DNA from: Patescibacteria group bacterium
GTDB taxonomy: Bacteria > Patescibacteriota > Patescibacteriia > UBA9934 > GWF2-40-263
Assembly: GCA_004297215.1 (NCBI GenBank)
Contig: SCUM01000002.1
Location: forward strand, 6,270-70,269
Direction: 5' to 3'
Length of the DNA stretch: 64,000 nt
Of this stretch, positions 34,375 through 44,127 are shown piece after piece (positions within the stretch are counted from its first letter, which is position 1; each line of letters begins with the position of its first letter). The notes below the pieces were generated by a model. That model was given only the letters and a program-made list of their open reading frames with translations. It did no database searches and was not told the origin of the DNA. Made by a program: the position numbers and the translations under genes.

Positions 34375-35751
34375 ATGTCTCCCTCCCCCATCCCCTCCAT
34401 TGCCCTCATCGGCCGCACCAACGTCGGGAAATCGACGCTGTTCAACCGTCTCACGGAAACCCACAAGGCGATCGTGAGCGACGTGGCCGGCACCACCCGC
34501 GACCGCATCGAGGGTGATTGCCTTTGGCGCGGGAAGGTCGTGAAGGTGGTGGACACGGGCGGGCTCGACGTGGAGCGCACGAGCTCGATCGAGGACGACG
34601 TGGTGAAGCAGGCGAACTTGGCCATGAAGCGCGCCGACGTGATCCTGTTCGTGATGGACCAGAAGGTGGGCCCGCTCCCGCAGGACCGCAAACTTGCCGC
34701 GGAGCTCGCCCGCTCAGGACGACGCGTGATCGCCGTCGCCAACAAGACCGAAGGGGCCGCGGCCAACGCGGACGTCGCCACGTCGCCGGAATGGCGCCTC
34801 GGCGCGCTCCCGCCCGCCCTCGCGGTGTCGGCCATCAAGGGGACGGGGCTCGGCGACCTGCTCGACGAGGTCTATGCGCTCCTCAAGAAGGACGGCCGCG
34901 AGCCCGCGGAGATCTCCCAGGTGAAACCCGTGCGCGTGGCGGTCATCGGCCAGCCTAACGTGGGCAAGTCCTCCATCCTGAACGCCATCCTGGGCGAGGA
35001 ACGGTTCATCGTCTCCCCCATCGCGCACACCACCCGCGACCCCAATGACGTGCAGGTGGAAGTGGGCGACCGCACCTACGTGCTCGTGGATACGGCCGGC
35101 ATCCGCAAGATGCACAAGGTGCGCGAGAAGGGCGGCCTCGAGCGCGCGAGCGTGGAACGGGCGCGCAAGCTCCTTGAGCGCACTGACACGGTGCTGTTCG
35201 TGCTGGACGCGAGCCAGGGGCTGGCCTCGCAGGAGCGCACGCTCGCCGGGATGCTCGCGGAGGCGAACGTGGGCGTGATCGTGGTCGTGAACAAGTGGGA
35301 CCTCGTGCCCGACAAGACGCCGGGCACCGCGGCGGAATACGAACGGATGGTTCGTCGGGAGCTCCCGTTCATCTCCTGGGCGCCCATCGTGTTCGTGTCC
35401 GCGATCACGAACAAGCGCATAAACGAGCTGTTTGATATCATCGACCAGGTGGAGACCAGCCGGCACATGGTCGTCACCGAGGAAGAGCTCGACGCCTTCC
35501 TGCGCGAGACCACCAAGCGCCATCTTCCCTCCCGCGGCAAAGGCCCGTCGCACCCCAAGGTGCTCGGCCTCGTGCAGACCGGTATCGCGCCGCCCACCTT
35601 CCACCTCACCGTGAAGGCGAAGCAGACCGACGTGCTGCACCCAAGCTACCTGCGGTATCTTGAGAACCGCCTCCGCGAACATTTCGGCTACAAAGGGAGC
35701 CCGATCGAGATCCGCATCAAGGTGGCGACGGCGGTGTCACTGAGAAAATAG
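34375..35751 (+). CDS. der: ribosome-associated GTPase Der (EngA)
   Basis: Two tandem GTPase domains, IALIGRTNVGKSTLFN and VAVIGQPNVGKSSILN, plus a KH-like C-terminus. Confidence 0.9.
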   Translation: MSPSPIPSIALIGRTNVGKSTLFNRLTETHKAIVSDVAGTTRDRIEGDCLWRGKVVKVVDTGGLDVERTSSIEDDVVKQANLAMKRADVILFVMDQKVGPLPQDRKLAAELARSGRRVIAVANKTEGAAANADVATSPEWRLGALPPALAVSAIKGTGLGDLLDEVYALLKKDGREPAEISQVKPVRVAVIGQPNVGKSSILNAILGEERFIVSPIAHTTRDPNDVQVEVGDRTYVLVDTAGIRKMHKVREKGGLERASVERARKLLERTDTVLFVLDASQGLASQERTLAGMLAEANVGVIVVVNKWDLVPDKTPGTAAEYERMVRRELPFISWAPIVFVSAITNKRINELFDIIDQVETSRHMVVTEEELDAFLRETTKRHLPSRGKGPSHPKVLGLVQTGIAPPTFHLTVKAKQTDVLHPSYLRYLENRLREHFGYKGSPIEIRIKVATAVSLRK

Positions 35752-35826
35752 GCAGGAAGGCCTCAGGCGACAAGGCCTCAGGGAAAACACCTTCATGCCT
35801 TCACGCCTGAGGCCTTACCGCCTCTC
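35752..35826. repeat. family-1 palindromic repeat filling the der-pth spacer
   Basis: The arm set gaaggcctcaggcgacaaggcctcagg (central spacer) gccttcacgcctgaggccttaccgcct. Confidence 0.6.
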
Positions 35827-35832
35827 ACCACT

Positions 35833-36360
35833 ATGAAACTCATCGTCGGCCTCGGGAACCCTGGCAACGAATACGCGAAGACGCGGCACAATGCTGGTTT
35901 TCTCGTCCTTGACGAACTCGCAAACAGGTTGGCCGTCTCGTTTTCAGGAAAAATAGCGCTGAAAGGCGAAGTCGGGGAAGCGCCGAACGAGAAGCTCGTC
36001 CTTCTGAAACCTTCCACCTTCATGAACCTTTCCGGCGAAGCGGTGAAGGCGGCCGCGGCGAAGTATCGGATTGCGCCGAAGGACATCCTCATCGTGCTCG
36101 ATGACGCGGATATCGCGTTTTCGGAACTCCGTCTGCGCGAAAGCGGTTCGGCCGCCGGACACAACGGGATGAAATCCATCCTTGAGCAATTCCCCGCTGA
36201 CACGTCCGTCGCCAGACTGAAAGTTGGCATCGGACGCGATGAGTCCGGCCACATGCCGCTCGACGAATGGGTGCTCGCGAAATGGACAAAAGAAGAGGCA
36301 GCTGCGCTGCCCAATCTCGTCTCGAAGGCTGCGGATAAGGCGCAAGAGTGGTATGGATGA
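35833..36360 (+). CDS. pth: peptidyl-tRNA hydrolase
   Basis: MKLIVGLGNPGNEYAKTRHNAGF, the canonical Pth N-terminus. Confidence 0.9.
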   Translation: MKLIVGLGNPGNEYAKTRHNAGFLVLDELANRLAVSFSGKIALKGEVGEAPNEKLVLLKPSTFMNLSGEAVKAAAAKYRIAPKDILIVLDDADIAFSELRLRESGSAAGHNGMKSILEQFPADTSVARLKVGIGRDESGHMPLDEWVLAKWTKEEAAALPNLVSKAADKAQEWYG

Positions 36361-37225
36361 CATCCGCGGGCTCACGCTCGCGGATTTCGAATATCCGCCG
36401 CGGCTCAAGCAGATCCACGACCCGCCCGAACCGCTGTTCGTGCGCGGGAATCTGCCCGACCCGACGCGGCCGCATCTGGCCGTGGTGGGCACGCGCACGC
36501 CCACGCGTTACGGGCATGAGGCCGTGGAGCGCCTCGTCGAGCCGCTCGCGCGCGCCGGAGTGGTCATCGTGAGCGGCCTCGCGTTCGGGATCGACGGCCT
36601 CGCGCACCGCTCTGCGCTCGATGCGGGAGGGACGACGCTCGCTGTGCTCGGGTCCACGCTCACCGATACGAAGATCTATCCTGCCACCAACCGGCCGCTC
36701 GCGGCCGAGATCATCGCGCGCGGCGGGGCGCTGATGTCCGAAATGAACGATGCATCGCCCATAGGCGCATTCAATTTCCCGCGCCGTAACCGCATCATCG
36801 CCGGGCTGTGCCAGGCCGTTCTCATCGTGGAAGCCGCCAAGAAATCCGGCTCCCTCATCACCGCGCGCTGCGCCCTCGACGAAGGCCGCGACGTGATGGC
36901 CGTCCCCGGCCCCATCACCTCGGAGCTCTCGGAAGGGCCGAATCGCTTGTTGAAATCCGGCGCGATCGCGGTGATGTCCGCCGAAGACGTGCTCGAGGCG
37001 CTGCAGCTTTCCATCCCCACCGCCAAACCCCAGCTCTCGCTCTTCATCGCCGAATCTCCCGAAGAAGACGCGCTCATGAAGGCGCTCGCCGACGCCACGC
37101 TGCACATGGACGAACTCGTCCGCGCCACCGGTCTCCCGGCCGCATTGGTTGGCGGCACGCTCACGCTGCTTGAGATGAAGAACGTGGTGAAAAACGCGGG
37201 CGGGAGGTATTGGGCACGAGTCTAA
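36353..37225 (+). CDS. dprA: DNA processing protein DprA (Smf)
   Basis: VVSGLAFGIDGLAHRSAL...AVLGS Rossmann-like DprA core. Start taken at MDDIRGL, overlapping the pth stop (ATGGATGA). Confidence 0.85.
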   Translation: MDDIRGLTLADFEYPPRLKQIHDPPEPLFVRGNLPDPTRPHLAVVGTRTPTRYGHEAVERLVEPLARAGVVIVSGLAFGIDGLAHRSALDAGGTTLAVLGSTLTDTKIYPATNRPLAAEIIARGGALMSEMNDASPIGAFNFPRRNRIIAGLCQAVLIVEAAKKSGSLITARCALDEGRDVMAVPGPITSELSEGPNRLLKSGAIAVMSAEDVLEALQLSIPTAKPQLSLFIAESPEEDALMKALADATLHMDELVRATGLPAALVGGTLTLLEMKNVVKNAGGRYWARV

Positions 37226-37325
37226 AGGAAAGAGCCTCGCATAAGTGCGAGGCTCCGTCGTACGCAAGGACAAAGGGCAAAGGTTCATAGGACTAGGACG
37301 CCCTAAGTGCCTAAACCCCAAGTTC

Positions 37326-37922
37326 TCAACTTGCGAGGATCGCGGACGGGCTCTCGACACCGAAGGCGCTGCCGAGGTAGTAGTGGTTCCAGAGCCACTG
37401 CCTGCCGAGCCAGTACAGGTACCGGACGAACAGGCGGCCGCCGGAGCCGCGATAGATGGTTCCCCAGAAGAGAATGTGATGGGTGTTGCCGTTCTCATCC
37501 TGCTTCCAGGAAGCGGGGATCAGGTTGGTGTTGTCGAGCAGGTGGTCGAGAACGTTGGCGTTCAAGACCGGCTTGCCCTTGAGCTTCGTGCGAAGCTCGT
37601 TGCCGACGATGCCCTTCTTCTCCTTCTGCGCCTCGTCGAGGTACAACGCGATCTTCGACGGGTCAAAGTCGAGCTGGCCACCCTTCACGTGCTCCACGAC
37701 CTTCCAGCCGTCGAGGCACGTGGGCGACGCATCGCAGTCGATGAGCGAGCGCAGGCCTTTGGGGACGGCGTCGAAGTTGCCCTCGACAATCTGCTGCAGC
37801 GCGTCCATCACCGCCTGCGGATCGAGCGGGCTGCCGTCCGCCACGCAGAGCTGGCGCTTGATGTCGCTCATGCGACGGTCGATCGTTCTGTACTGGTCGC
37901 CGGAGACAGGAAATCCCGCCAT
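37326..37922 (-). CDS. hypothetical protein (198 aa), no recognisable family
   Basis: Clean ORF with typical codon usage, Trp/Tyr-rich C-terminus, opposite in orientation to the flanking dprA and topA. Confidence 0.5.
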   Translation of the reverse strand: MAGFPVSGDQYRTIDRRMSDIKRQLCVADGSPLDPQAVMDALQQIVEGNFDAVPKGLRSLIDCDASPTCLDGWKVVEHVKGGQLDFDPSKIALYLDEAQKEKKGIVGNELRTKLKGKPVLNANVLDHLLDNTNLIPASWKQDENGNTHHILFWGTIYRGSGGRLFVRYLYWLGRQWLWNHYYLGSAFGVESPSAILAS

Positions 37923-38110
37923 GACAACCTCCTATAAACCACTCCGGTTTGTTCCTTAACATGCAACCGCATGTTTTGGAACTCACCTATGTCGAGAGTG
38001 GCATCCTGGGGCCGAACTTCAGCCTCAAGATGCCACTTTCAACACCACTTTCCATAGAATGAACGAGGTCGAAATGTACCGCAAAAATGACTTTCTGTCA
38101 ATCGTCAAGC

Positions 38111-38617
38111 CTAACCCTTGAACCCGATCTCCGGTTTCGGCTCATCGTCCGTAGCAAGCAGGCGACGGATCGCATCGAACACGACGCGGAATTGCTCGTC
38201 GTAGTGCTTCTCGAGCGCTTCCAGCTTGAGGCGGAGAGACTGGTTGTCGGCGACCATTTCGCGGAGTTTCGTGAAGGTGCGGATGATCTGGATGTTGACG
38301 GCGATGGCTTGCTTGCTCTTCAGGACGCTGGAGAGCATGGCGACTCCTTGCTCGGTGAACACGTAAGGCGGCCGGCGCAGACCCATCCTCGCGAAATTGG
38401 AGGTCACAAATTGTGACCTCCAATTCTCCATTTCCTGAACGGTCATTTCAAACATGAAATCGGCAGGAAAACGTTCGATATTCCTGTTCACTGACTGCTT
38501 CAGGGTCTTTGTGACCACCCCATAAAGAATGGCGAGGTCATAATCCAACATCACCTTTTTCCCTCTCATCAGATAAATCTTATTCTCGATTCGTTCCGCG
38601 GGAATGACATCAGGCAT
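38111..38617 (-). CDS. ORF6N (KilA-N-like) domain protein, phage/mobile-element associated
   Basis: IENKIYLMRGKKVMLDYDLAILYGVVTKTLKQSVNRNIERFPADFMFEMT matches the ORF6N signature. Local GC is about 45%, against about 65% for the genome. Confidence 0.7.
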   Translation of the reverse strand: MPDVIPAERIENKIYLMRGKKVMLDYDLAILYGVVTKTLKQSVNRNIERFPADFMFEMTVQEMENWRSQFVTSNFARMGLRRPPYVFTEQGVAMLSSVLKSKQAIAVNIQIIRTFTKLREMVADNQSLRLKLEALEKHYDEQFRVVFDAIRRLLATDDEPKPEIGFKG

Positions 38618-38754
38618 ACAGAAAATAAAACGACCCCCCAACACGGAGGGTCGTATGAATTGTTAAAGTCATTCCATCAGAAAAAGACGTTTTCGTCAAT
38701 GGTTTTCCTGTGGATGAATTGACGATTCCCCATTTTCGGGGCACTATCGGCCCT

Positions 38755-41043
38755 ATGCCTAAGACACTCGTCATCGTGGAGTCGCCCACCAAGGCGAAGA
38801 CGATCTCCAAATTCCTGGGGAAGGACTACAAGGTCCTGTCTTCTTTCGGCCATGTGCGCGACCTGCCGGCCTCCAAGACCGGCGTGGACGTGAAGCATGG
38901 GTTCAAACCCACCTACGAGGTGCCGGAGCGCGCCGAAAAGCACGTCGCGGCATTGAAGGCCGCGGCCAAGGACGCGGACGAGGTGATGCTCGCGACCGAC
39001 GAAGACCGCGAAGGAGAGGCCATCGCCTGGCACATCGCGGAGATCCTGAAGCTCGACGAGGCGAAGGCGAAGCGCATCACCTTCCACGAGATCACCAAGC
39101 ACGCCATCGAGGCGGCGCTCTCGCATCCGCGCACGCTGCACATGGACATGGTGCACGCCCAGCAGATGCGTCGCATCCTCGACCGGCTCGTGGGCTACGA
39201 GCTCTCGCCTCTCCTCTGGAAGAAGGTGCGCCGCGGGCTCTCCGCCGGGCGCGTGCAATCCGTCGCCGTCCGATTGGTCGTCGAGCGCGAACGCGAGCGC
39301 GACGCGTTCAAGGTGGACGAGTTCTGGACGATCGACGCGTCGTTCGAAAAAGGCGGCGTGGCGTTCGACGGGAAGCTGTCGACGATCGACGGGAAGAAGC
39401 TGGACAAGCTCGACGTGAAGACGGGTGCCGACGCGGCGAACATCGTCGACGGCCTCAAAGGCGCGTCGTACGCCGTCACTGCCGTCGAACAGAAGCGCAT
39501 CACGAAGGCCCCCCCGATCCCCTTCACCACTTCCTCCCTTCAGATCGAGGCCAACGGCAAGCTTGGCATGAGCGCCAAGCAGACCATGACGCTCGCGCAA
39601 AAGCTGTACGAGACGGGGCGCATCACCTACATGCGAACGGACTCGACGAACCTCGCGGAAAAATTCCTCGGCGAGACGCAGACCTATCTCAAGGGCGCTT
39701 TTGGCGAGAAGTACGCGACCGGCGCGCGCACCTATAAGACCGACAAGAAGGGGGCGCAGGAGGCGCACGAGGCGATCCGCCCCACCGACCCGTCGGTGAC
39801 GCCCGATTCGATCAAAGGCGACCTGGACTCGGGCGAGTTCCGGCTCTACGACCTCATTTGGCGCCGCACGCTCGCCACCCAGATGCCCAACGCCGAGCTC
39901 GAGCGCACGGGCGTGGACATCGCCGCCGCGCGCTACGGCTTCCGCACCAACGGCAACTCCGTGCGCTTCGACGGGTACATGAAGGTGTACCGCTCCGCGC
40001 AGGAGAAGGTGCTGCCTGCGCTTGCGAAGGGCGATGCGGTCACCGCCACGGCCATCGTGCCCACGCAACATTTCACCGAGCCGCCGGCTCGCTATTCCGA
40101 CGCTACCCTTGTGAAGGTGATGGAAGAGCACGGCATCGGCCGCCCTTCCACCTATGCTCCGACCATCTCCACCATCGAGGCCCGCGAATACGTGGAACGC
40201 GATGACAACAAGAAATTGAAACCGACCGAAGTGGCCGGCATCGTCACCGACCTGCTTAAGGAGCATTTTCCCGACATCGTGGACTATGCCTTCACGGCCA
40301 AGATGGAGAAGACCCTCGACGACGTGGCCGAAGGAACCGAGAAGTGGGCGCCGGCCCTCAAGGAATTCTACGAGCCGTTCCATGAGCGCATCACCGAGAA
40401 GACCGGCAGCCTCAAGCGCGAGGAGGTGCTCAAGGAACGCTCCCTCGGGATCGATCCCGCAAGCGGCCTCGAGGTGTTCGTGAAGAGCGGCAGGTTCGGC
40501 GCGTTCGTGCAGCTTGGAGAATGGAAGGAGGAGGACCGCAAGGCGAAGGTGAACAAGCCTCGTAGCGGCTCCCTGCCCCGCGACGTGAACATGGACACGG
40601 TGACCCTCGAGACGGCGCTCAAGGTGCTCGAACTCCCGCGCGAGGTCGGGTCCATGGATGACGGGATGGCAATCGAGGCCAACGTCGGCCGGTTCGGCCC
40701 GTACCTCAAGTTCGGCAAGGCGTACGTGAGCCTCCCGCCCGCCTTCGACCCGCGCACCGTGTCGCTTACGGACGCCAAGCGCATCATCGCCGAAGGGGTC
40801 GAGCGCAAGCGCAAGATGATGGAGCCGCTTGCCACCCTGGGCGAGGATCCCGAAACGAAGGGGACGATCCAGGTGAAGGACGGGCGCTACGGCCCCTACG
40901 TCACGGACGGCAAGACGAACGCCACCGTCAAGAAAGGAACCGACCCGAAGACGGTCACGCTCGAAGAAGCGATCGCCCTGCTCGCGAAGAAACGCGCGGC
41001 TCCCAAACGGACATGGAGCAGGAAGACAAAACTTGAAACATGA
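38755..41043 (+). CDS. topA: DNA topoisomerase I
   Basis: TOPRIM LVIVESPTKAKTISKFLG and TDEDREGEAIAWHI, with C-terminal Topo-I repeats (GRFGPYLKFG, GRYGPYVTDG). Confidence 0.9.
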   Translation: MPKTLVIVESPTKAKTISKFLGKDYKVLSSFGHVRDLPASKTGVDVKHGFKPTYEVPERAEKHVAALKAAAKDADEVMLATDEDREGEAIAWHIAEILKLDEAKAKRITFHEITKHAIEAALSHPRTLHMDMVHAQQMRRILDRLVGYELSPLLWKKVRRGLSAGRVQSVAVRLVVERERERDAFKVDEFWTIDASFEKGGVAFDGKLSTIDGKKLDKLDVKTGADAANIVDGLKGASYAVTAVEQKRITKAPPIPFTTSSLQIEANGKLGMSAKQTMTLAQKLYETGRITYMRTDSTNLAEKFLGETQTYLKGAFGEKYATGARTYKTDKKGAQEAHEAIRPTDPSVTPDSIKGDLDSGEFRLYDLIWRRTLATQMPNAELERTGVDIAAARYGFRTNGNSVRFDGYMKVYRSAQEKVLPALAKGDAVTATAIVPTQHFTEPPARYSDATLVKVMEEHGIGRPSTYAPTISTIEAREYVERDDNKKLKPTEVAGIVTDLLKEHFPDIVDYAFTAKMEKTLDDVAEGTEKWAPALKEFYEPFHERITEKTGSLKREEVLKERSLGIDPASGLEVFVKSGRFGAFVQLGEWKEEDRKAKVNKPRSGSLPRDVNMDTVTLETALKVLELPREVGSMDDGMAIEANVGRFGPYLKFGKAYVSLPPAFDPRTVSLTDAKRIIAEGVERKRKMMEPLATLGEDPETKGTIQVKDGRYGPYVTDGKTNATVKKGTDPKTVTLEEAIALLAKKRAAPKRTWSRKTKLET

Positions 41044-41046
41044 AAA

Positions 41047-41166
41047 CTTGAAATCTTGAAAGGACACGTGAAAAGAAGAAAGGCGAAACATTTTAAAACG
41101 TTTCGCCTTTTGTTTCGTCCTTTCACGTGTTCATTGGTACTTCAAGTTTTCATATTTCAAGTTTTT
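41047..41166. repeat. family-2 AT-richer palindromic element with central terminator hairpin
   Basis: aaaacttgaaatcttgaaaggacacgtgaaa...AAAGGCGAAAC-atttta-aaacGTTTCGCCTTT...tttcacgtgttc...ttcaagtttt. Confidence 0.5.
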
Positions 41167-41646
41167 CTAATGATGTCCTCCGCCTCCTTTCTTTCCATGG
41201 TCGCCTGTCTTGGCGTGGCCATGGTCCTCTTTCTTCTCATGCCCGGTTCCTCCGTCCCCGATCAGGCCGATCTTTTCCGCGCCCCACAAGAGGAAGCCGC
41301 CGATGAACGGCACTTCGCCGATCGCCTTCATGTGCTTCTCGCCCCACTTCTCAAGCGAGTGAAGCGACTTGTCGAGGCCGCCCATCCCCTTTTCGACGGC
41401 CCCGAGCGCGGCGACCGGGGTCGCGTAGAAGGCGTCCGCCGCCTTTTTTTCGACGGACTCCGCAAGACGGTACGCCTTGTCTTCGGCGCCCATGATCAAT
41501 GAAGGCTTCTTGTCTTCTTCGTAGTCCTTAAGAGCCTCTCGGATGTTCTTCGCGTGTGCCGCCGCGTCGAGAGAGGGCGCCGGGGCGTCGCGCCGCCTAT
41601 CAGGCGCGTCGCGCAGGTCTGGCCTTGGTGCCGAATCGATGGACAT
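41167..41646 (-). CDS. hypothetical protein (159 aa) with a His/Gly/Lys-rich C-terminal tail
   Basis: ORF with a C-terminal HEKKEDHGHAKTGDHGKKGGGGHH stretch; no known family. Confidence 0.45.
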   Translation of the reverse strand: MSIDSAPRPDLRDAPDRRRDAPAPSLDAAAHAKNIREALKDYEEDKKPSLIMGAEDKAYRLAESVEKKAADAFYATPVAALGAVEKGMGGLDKSLHSLEKWGEKHMKAIGEVPFIGGFLLWGAEKIGLIGDGGTGHEKKEDHGHAKTGDHGKKGGGGHH

Positions 41647-41735
41647 AGGGGTGTGGATATGTTTGCCTCATGATAGCACGGCTTTACAGACCATTCGCGC
41701 GGGCATACCGTATCTCATGCACGCCCTGAACGCCT

Positions 41736-43241
41736 ATGCCGGAAATCGTGCATACCTTCGAGGAATTGGCCGCCTTGGTCAGGCGAACGTACCGCGCGCC
41801 GGATTTGGATTTGCTGCGCCGCGCGTATGAGCTGGCGGCGGAGGCGCACAAGGGGGAGAAACGCGAGACCGGGCATCCGTTCATCACGCATCCGCTCGCG
41901 GTCGCCTACAAGCTGGTGGAAATGGGGATGCACGTGAACGTGGTCACGGCCGGGCTCCTCCACGACGTCATCGAGGACACCGGGATCGAGCTCGACGAGG
42001 TGCGCGAGAAGTTCGGGCCCGACGTGGCCGCGCTGGTGGACAGCGTCACCAAGCTGAAGAAGATCAAGTACCAAGGGGTGGAGCGCTACGTGGAGAACAT
42101 GCGCAAGATGTTCCTCGCCATGGCCTCCGACGTGCGCGTGGTGTTCATCAAGTTCGCCGACCGCCTCCACAACCTGCAGACGCTCTACGCGCAGCCCGAG
42201 CATAAGCAGCTGCGCACCTCGCGCGAGGTGATGGACATCTACGCCCCCATCGCGGGACGCCTGGGCATGGGCGAGATGAAAGGCGACCTGGAGGACCTCG
42301 CCTTCGCCTACCTCCAGCCCAAGGACTACGAGCGCGTGCGCCGTATCATGGAGACCCGCGTCCGCGAGAAGGGCGCCTACGTGGACCGCATGATCGCGCG
42401 CACCCATGCGGTGCTTGCGGGAGCCGGGCTTTCCGAGGCGCAGGTGCACGGGCGCGTGAAGCGCATCTATTCCCTATTCCGCAAGCTCACCAAGTACGGC
42501 AACGACCTGTCCAAGGTGTACGACGTGATCGCGGTGCGCATCATGGTGGGAGACGTGGAGAAATGCTACGCGGCGCTGGGCGTACTGCACCAGGCCTGGA
42601 AGCCGCTCCCCGGCCGCGTGAAGGATTACATCGCCCAGCCCAAGCCCAACAACTACCAGTCGCTGCACACCACCGTGTTCGGCGACGAAGGCGAGATCGT
42701 GGAGTTCCAGATCCGCACCCAAGAGATGCATGAGATGGCCGAGTTCGGCATCGCGGCGCACTGGCGGTACAAGGAGGCCGGCATGCGCCCCACGGAGAAC
42801 CTGCGCTGGATGGAAGAGCTCGCGGCCATCCAAAAGGAGATCGCCGGCAAGGAAGGGTTCCTGGAGCGCCTCGAGGCGATGAAGATCGACGTGTTCAAGG
42901 ACCGCATCTTCGTGTTCACTCCCAAGGGGGACGTGATCGACCTGCCCGACGGCGCCACGGCCGTGGATTTCGCCTTCGCCATCCACAGCGAGATCGGGAA
43001 CAAGATGACGAGCGTGAAGGTGAACGAGCGCCTCGCGAACCTGGATACGGTCCTGTACTCCGGAGACATCATCGAGGTGGTGACCGACCGCAACCGCAAG
43101 GGCCCGAATCCGGACTGGCTGAAATACGCCAAGACCCGCCACGCGCGCGAGAAGATCAAGGACGCCACCAAGCACAACGTGAAAGGCTGGCTCGCGGGCA
43201 TGCTCCACGGTCGCGAGAAGAAAGGTGAAGAGGCACGATGA
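41736..43241 (+). CDS. rel: (p)ppGpp synthetase/hydrolase, Rel/SpoT homolog (short, 501 aa)
   Basis: HD domain (HDVIEDT), synthetase domain (RIMVGDVEKCYAALGVLH...YQSLHTTV) and TGS domain; it ends before an ACT/RRM domain. Confidence 0.9.
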   Translation: MPEIVHTFEELAALVRRTYRAPDLDLLRRAYELAAEAHKGEKRETGHPFITHPLAVAYKLVEMGMHVNVVTAGLLHDVIEDTGIELDEVREKFGPDVAALVDSVTKLKKIKYQGVERYVENMRKMFLAMASDVRVVFIKFADRLHNLQTLYAQPEHKQLRTSREVMDIYAPIAGRLGMGEMKGDLEDLAFAYLQPKDYERVRRIMETRVREKGAYVDRMIARTHAVLAGAGLSEAQVHGRVKRIYSLFRKLTKYGNDLSKVYDVIAVRIMVGDVEKCYAALGVLHQAWKPLPGRVKDYIAQPKPNNYQSLHTTVFGDEGEIVEFQIRTQEMHEMAEFGIAAHWRYKEAGMRPTENLRWMEELAAIQKEIAGKEGFLERLEAMKIDVFKDRIFVFTPKGDVIDLPDGATAVDFAFAIHSEIGNKMTSVKVNERLANLDTVLYSGDIIEVVTDRNRKGPNPDWLKYAKTRHAREKIKDATKHNVKGWLAGMLHGREKKGEEAR

Positions 43242-43243
43242 CA

Positions 43244-43268
43244 AAAACGGGCCGTCGGCCCGTTTTTC
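43244..43268. terminator. bidirectional terminator between the convergent rel and parB
   Basis: AAAAACGGGCCG-tc-GGCCCGTTTTT. Confidence 0.7.
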
Positions 43269-44117
43269 CTATTCCGACAGCTTGTCCAAGAGGTCGATCA
43301 ACTCCTCTTTCGAATAGAACTCGATCGTGATCTTCCCCTTTCCTCCCTTTTCCTGGATGGAGACTTTCGTCCCGAGAATCTCCCGCAGGCGCTTCTCGTG
43401 CGCGGCGATGTTCGGGTCTTTCTTCCCGGCGCTCGACGGCCTCTTTCCCGCGCTCGCGTGGCTCACGCGCGCTTCGGCCTCGCGCACCGAGACGCCGCCT
43501 GAGAGCATCGCCTGGTACAAGGCGCGGCGCTTGGCCTCGTCCGGCTCGGCAAGGAGCGTGCGCGCATGGCTCTTGGAGAGCCTCCCGCCGCGGATGGCGA
43601 TGAGCATCTCCTCGGGAAGGTCGAGCAGGCGCAGGACGTTCGCCACCGCGCTGCGGCTCTTGCCCACGCGCTTGGCCGTGTCTTCCTGGGTAAAATTGAA
43701 CTCCTCGATGAGCGCCTTGTACGCAAGCGCCTCCTCGACGGCGTTCAGGTCCGCGCGCTGCACGTTCTCGATGAGCGCCCATTCGAGCTTCTGCTGCTCG
43801 GTGGCGTCGCGCACGATGGCCGGCACCGTGCCCAGCCCGGCCGCCATGCTCGCGCGCAGGCGCCGCTCGCCGGCCACGAGCTCGTACCCGCCCTGCACGC
43901 GCGTGACGATCACCGGCTGGAGCACCCCGTGCTCCTTGATGGACGCGACGAGGTCCGCGAGCTCCTCCGGCGCGAAATGCGCGCGCGGCTGGCGCGGGTT
44001 TGGGCGGACCTGGGCGACCGGGATCTCCGTCACCTCGCGGCGCGCCGAAGGGATCACCTGTTCGGTGATCGTCTGCTTTCCGGGAATAAGCGAACCCAAC
44101 CCCCTTCCGAGCGCCAT
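43269..44117 (-). CDS. parB: chromosome partitioning protein ParB
   Basis: ParB box GERRLRAS, N-terminal LGRGLGSLIP, HTH domain. Confidence 0.9.
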   Translation of the reverse strand: MALGRGLGSLIPGKQTITEQVIPSARREVTEIPVAQVRPNPRQPRAHFAPEELADLVASIKEHGVLQPVIVTRVQGGYELVAGERRLRASMAAGLGTVPAIVRDATEQQKLEWALIENVQRADLNAVEEALAYKALIEEFNFTQEDTAKRVGKSRSAVANVLRLLDLPEEMLIAIRGGRLSKSHARTLLAEPDEAKRRALYQAMLSGGVSVREAEARVSHASAGKRPSSAGKKDPNIAAHEKRLREILGTKVSIQEKGGKGKITIEFYSKEELIDLLDKLSE

Positions 44118-44127
44118 AGTCGATCCA

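Noticed and set aside
37923-38110. Possible small RNA or family-2 repeat in the spacer between the two genes of the dprA-topA insert
   Set aside because: It contains two good hairpins but lacks the ACTTGAA/TTCAAGT arm words of family 2 and shows no similarity to other loci in the window. It is most simply an intergenic terminator/attenuator region, so not called as a feature.
38677-41091. 804-aa minus-strand ORF across topA
   Set aside because: Antisense to DNA topoisomerase I, whose TOPRIM and Topo-IA motifs are unambiguous.
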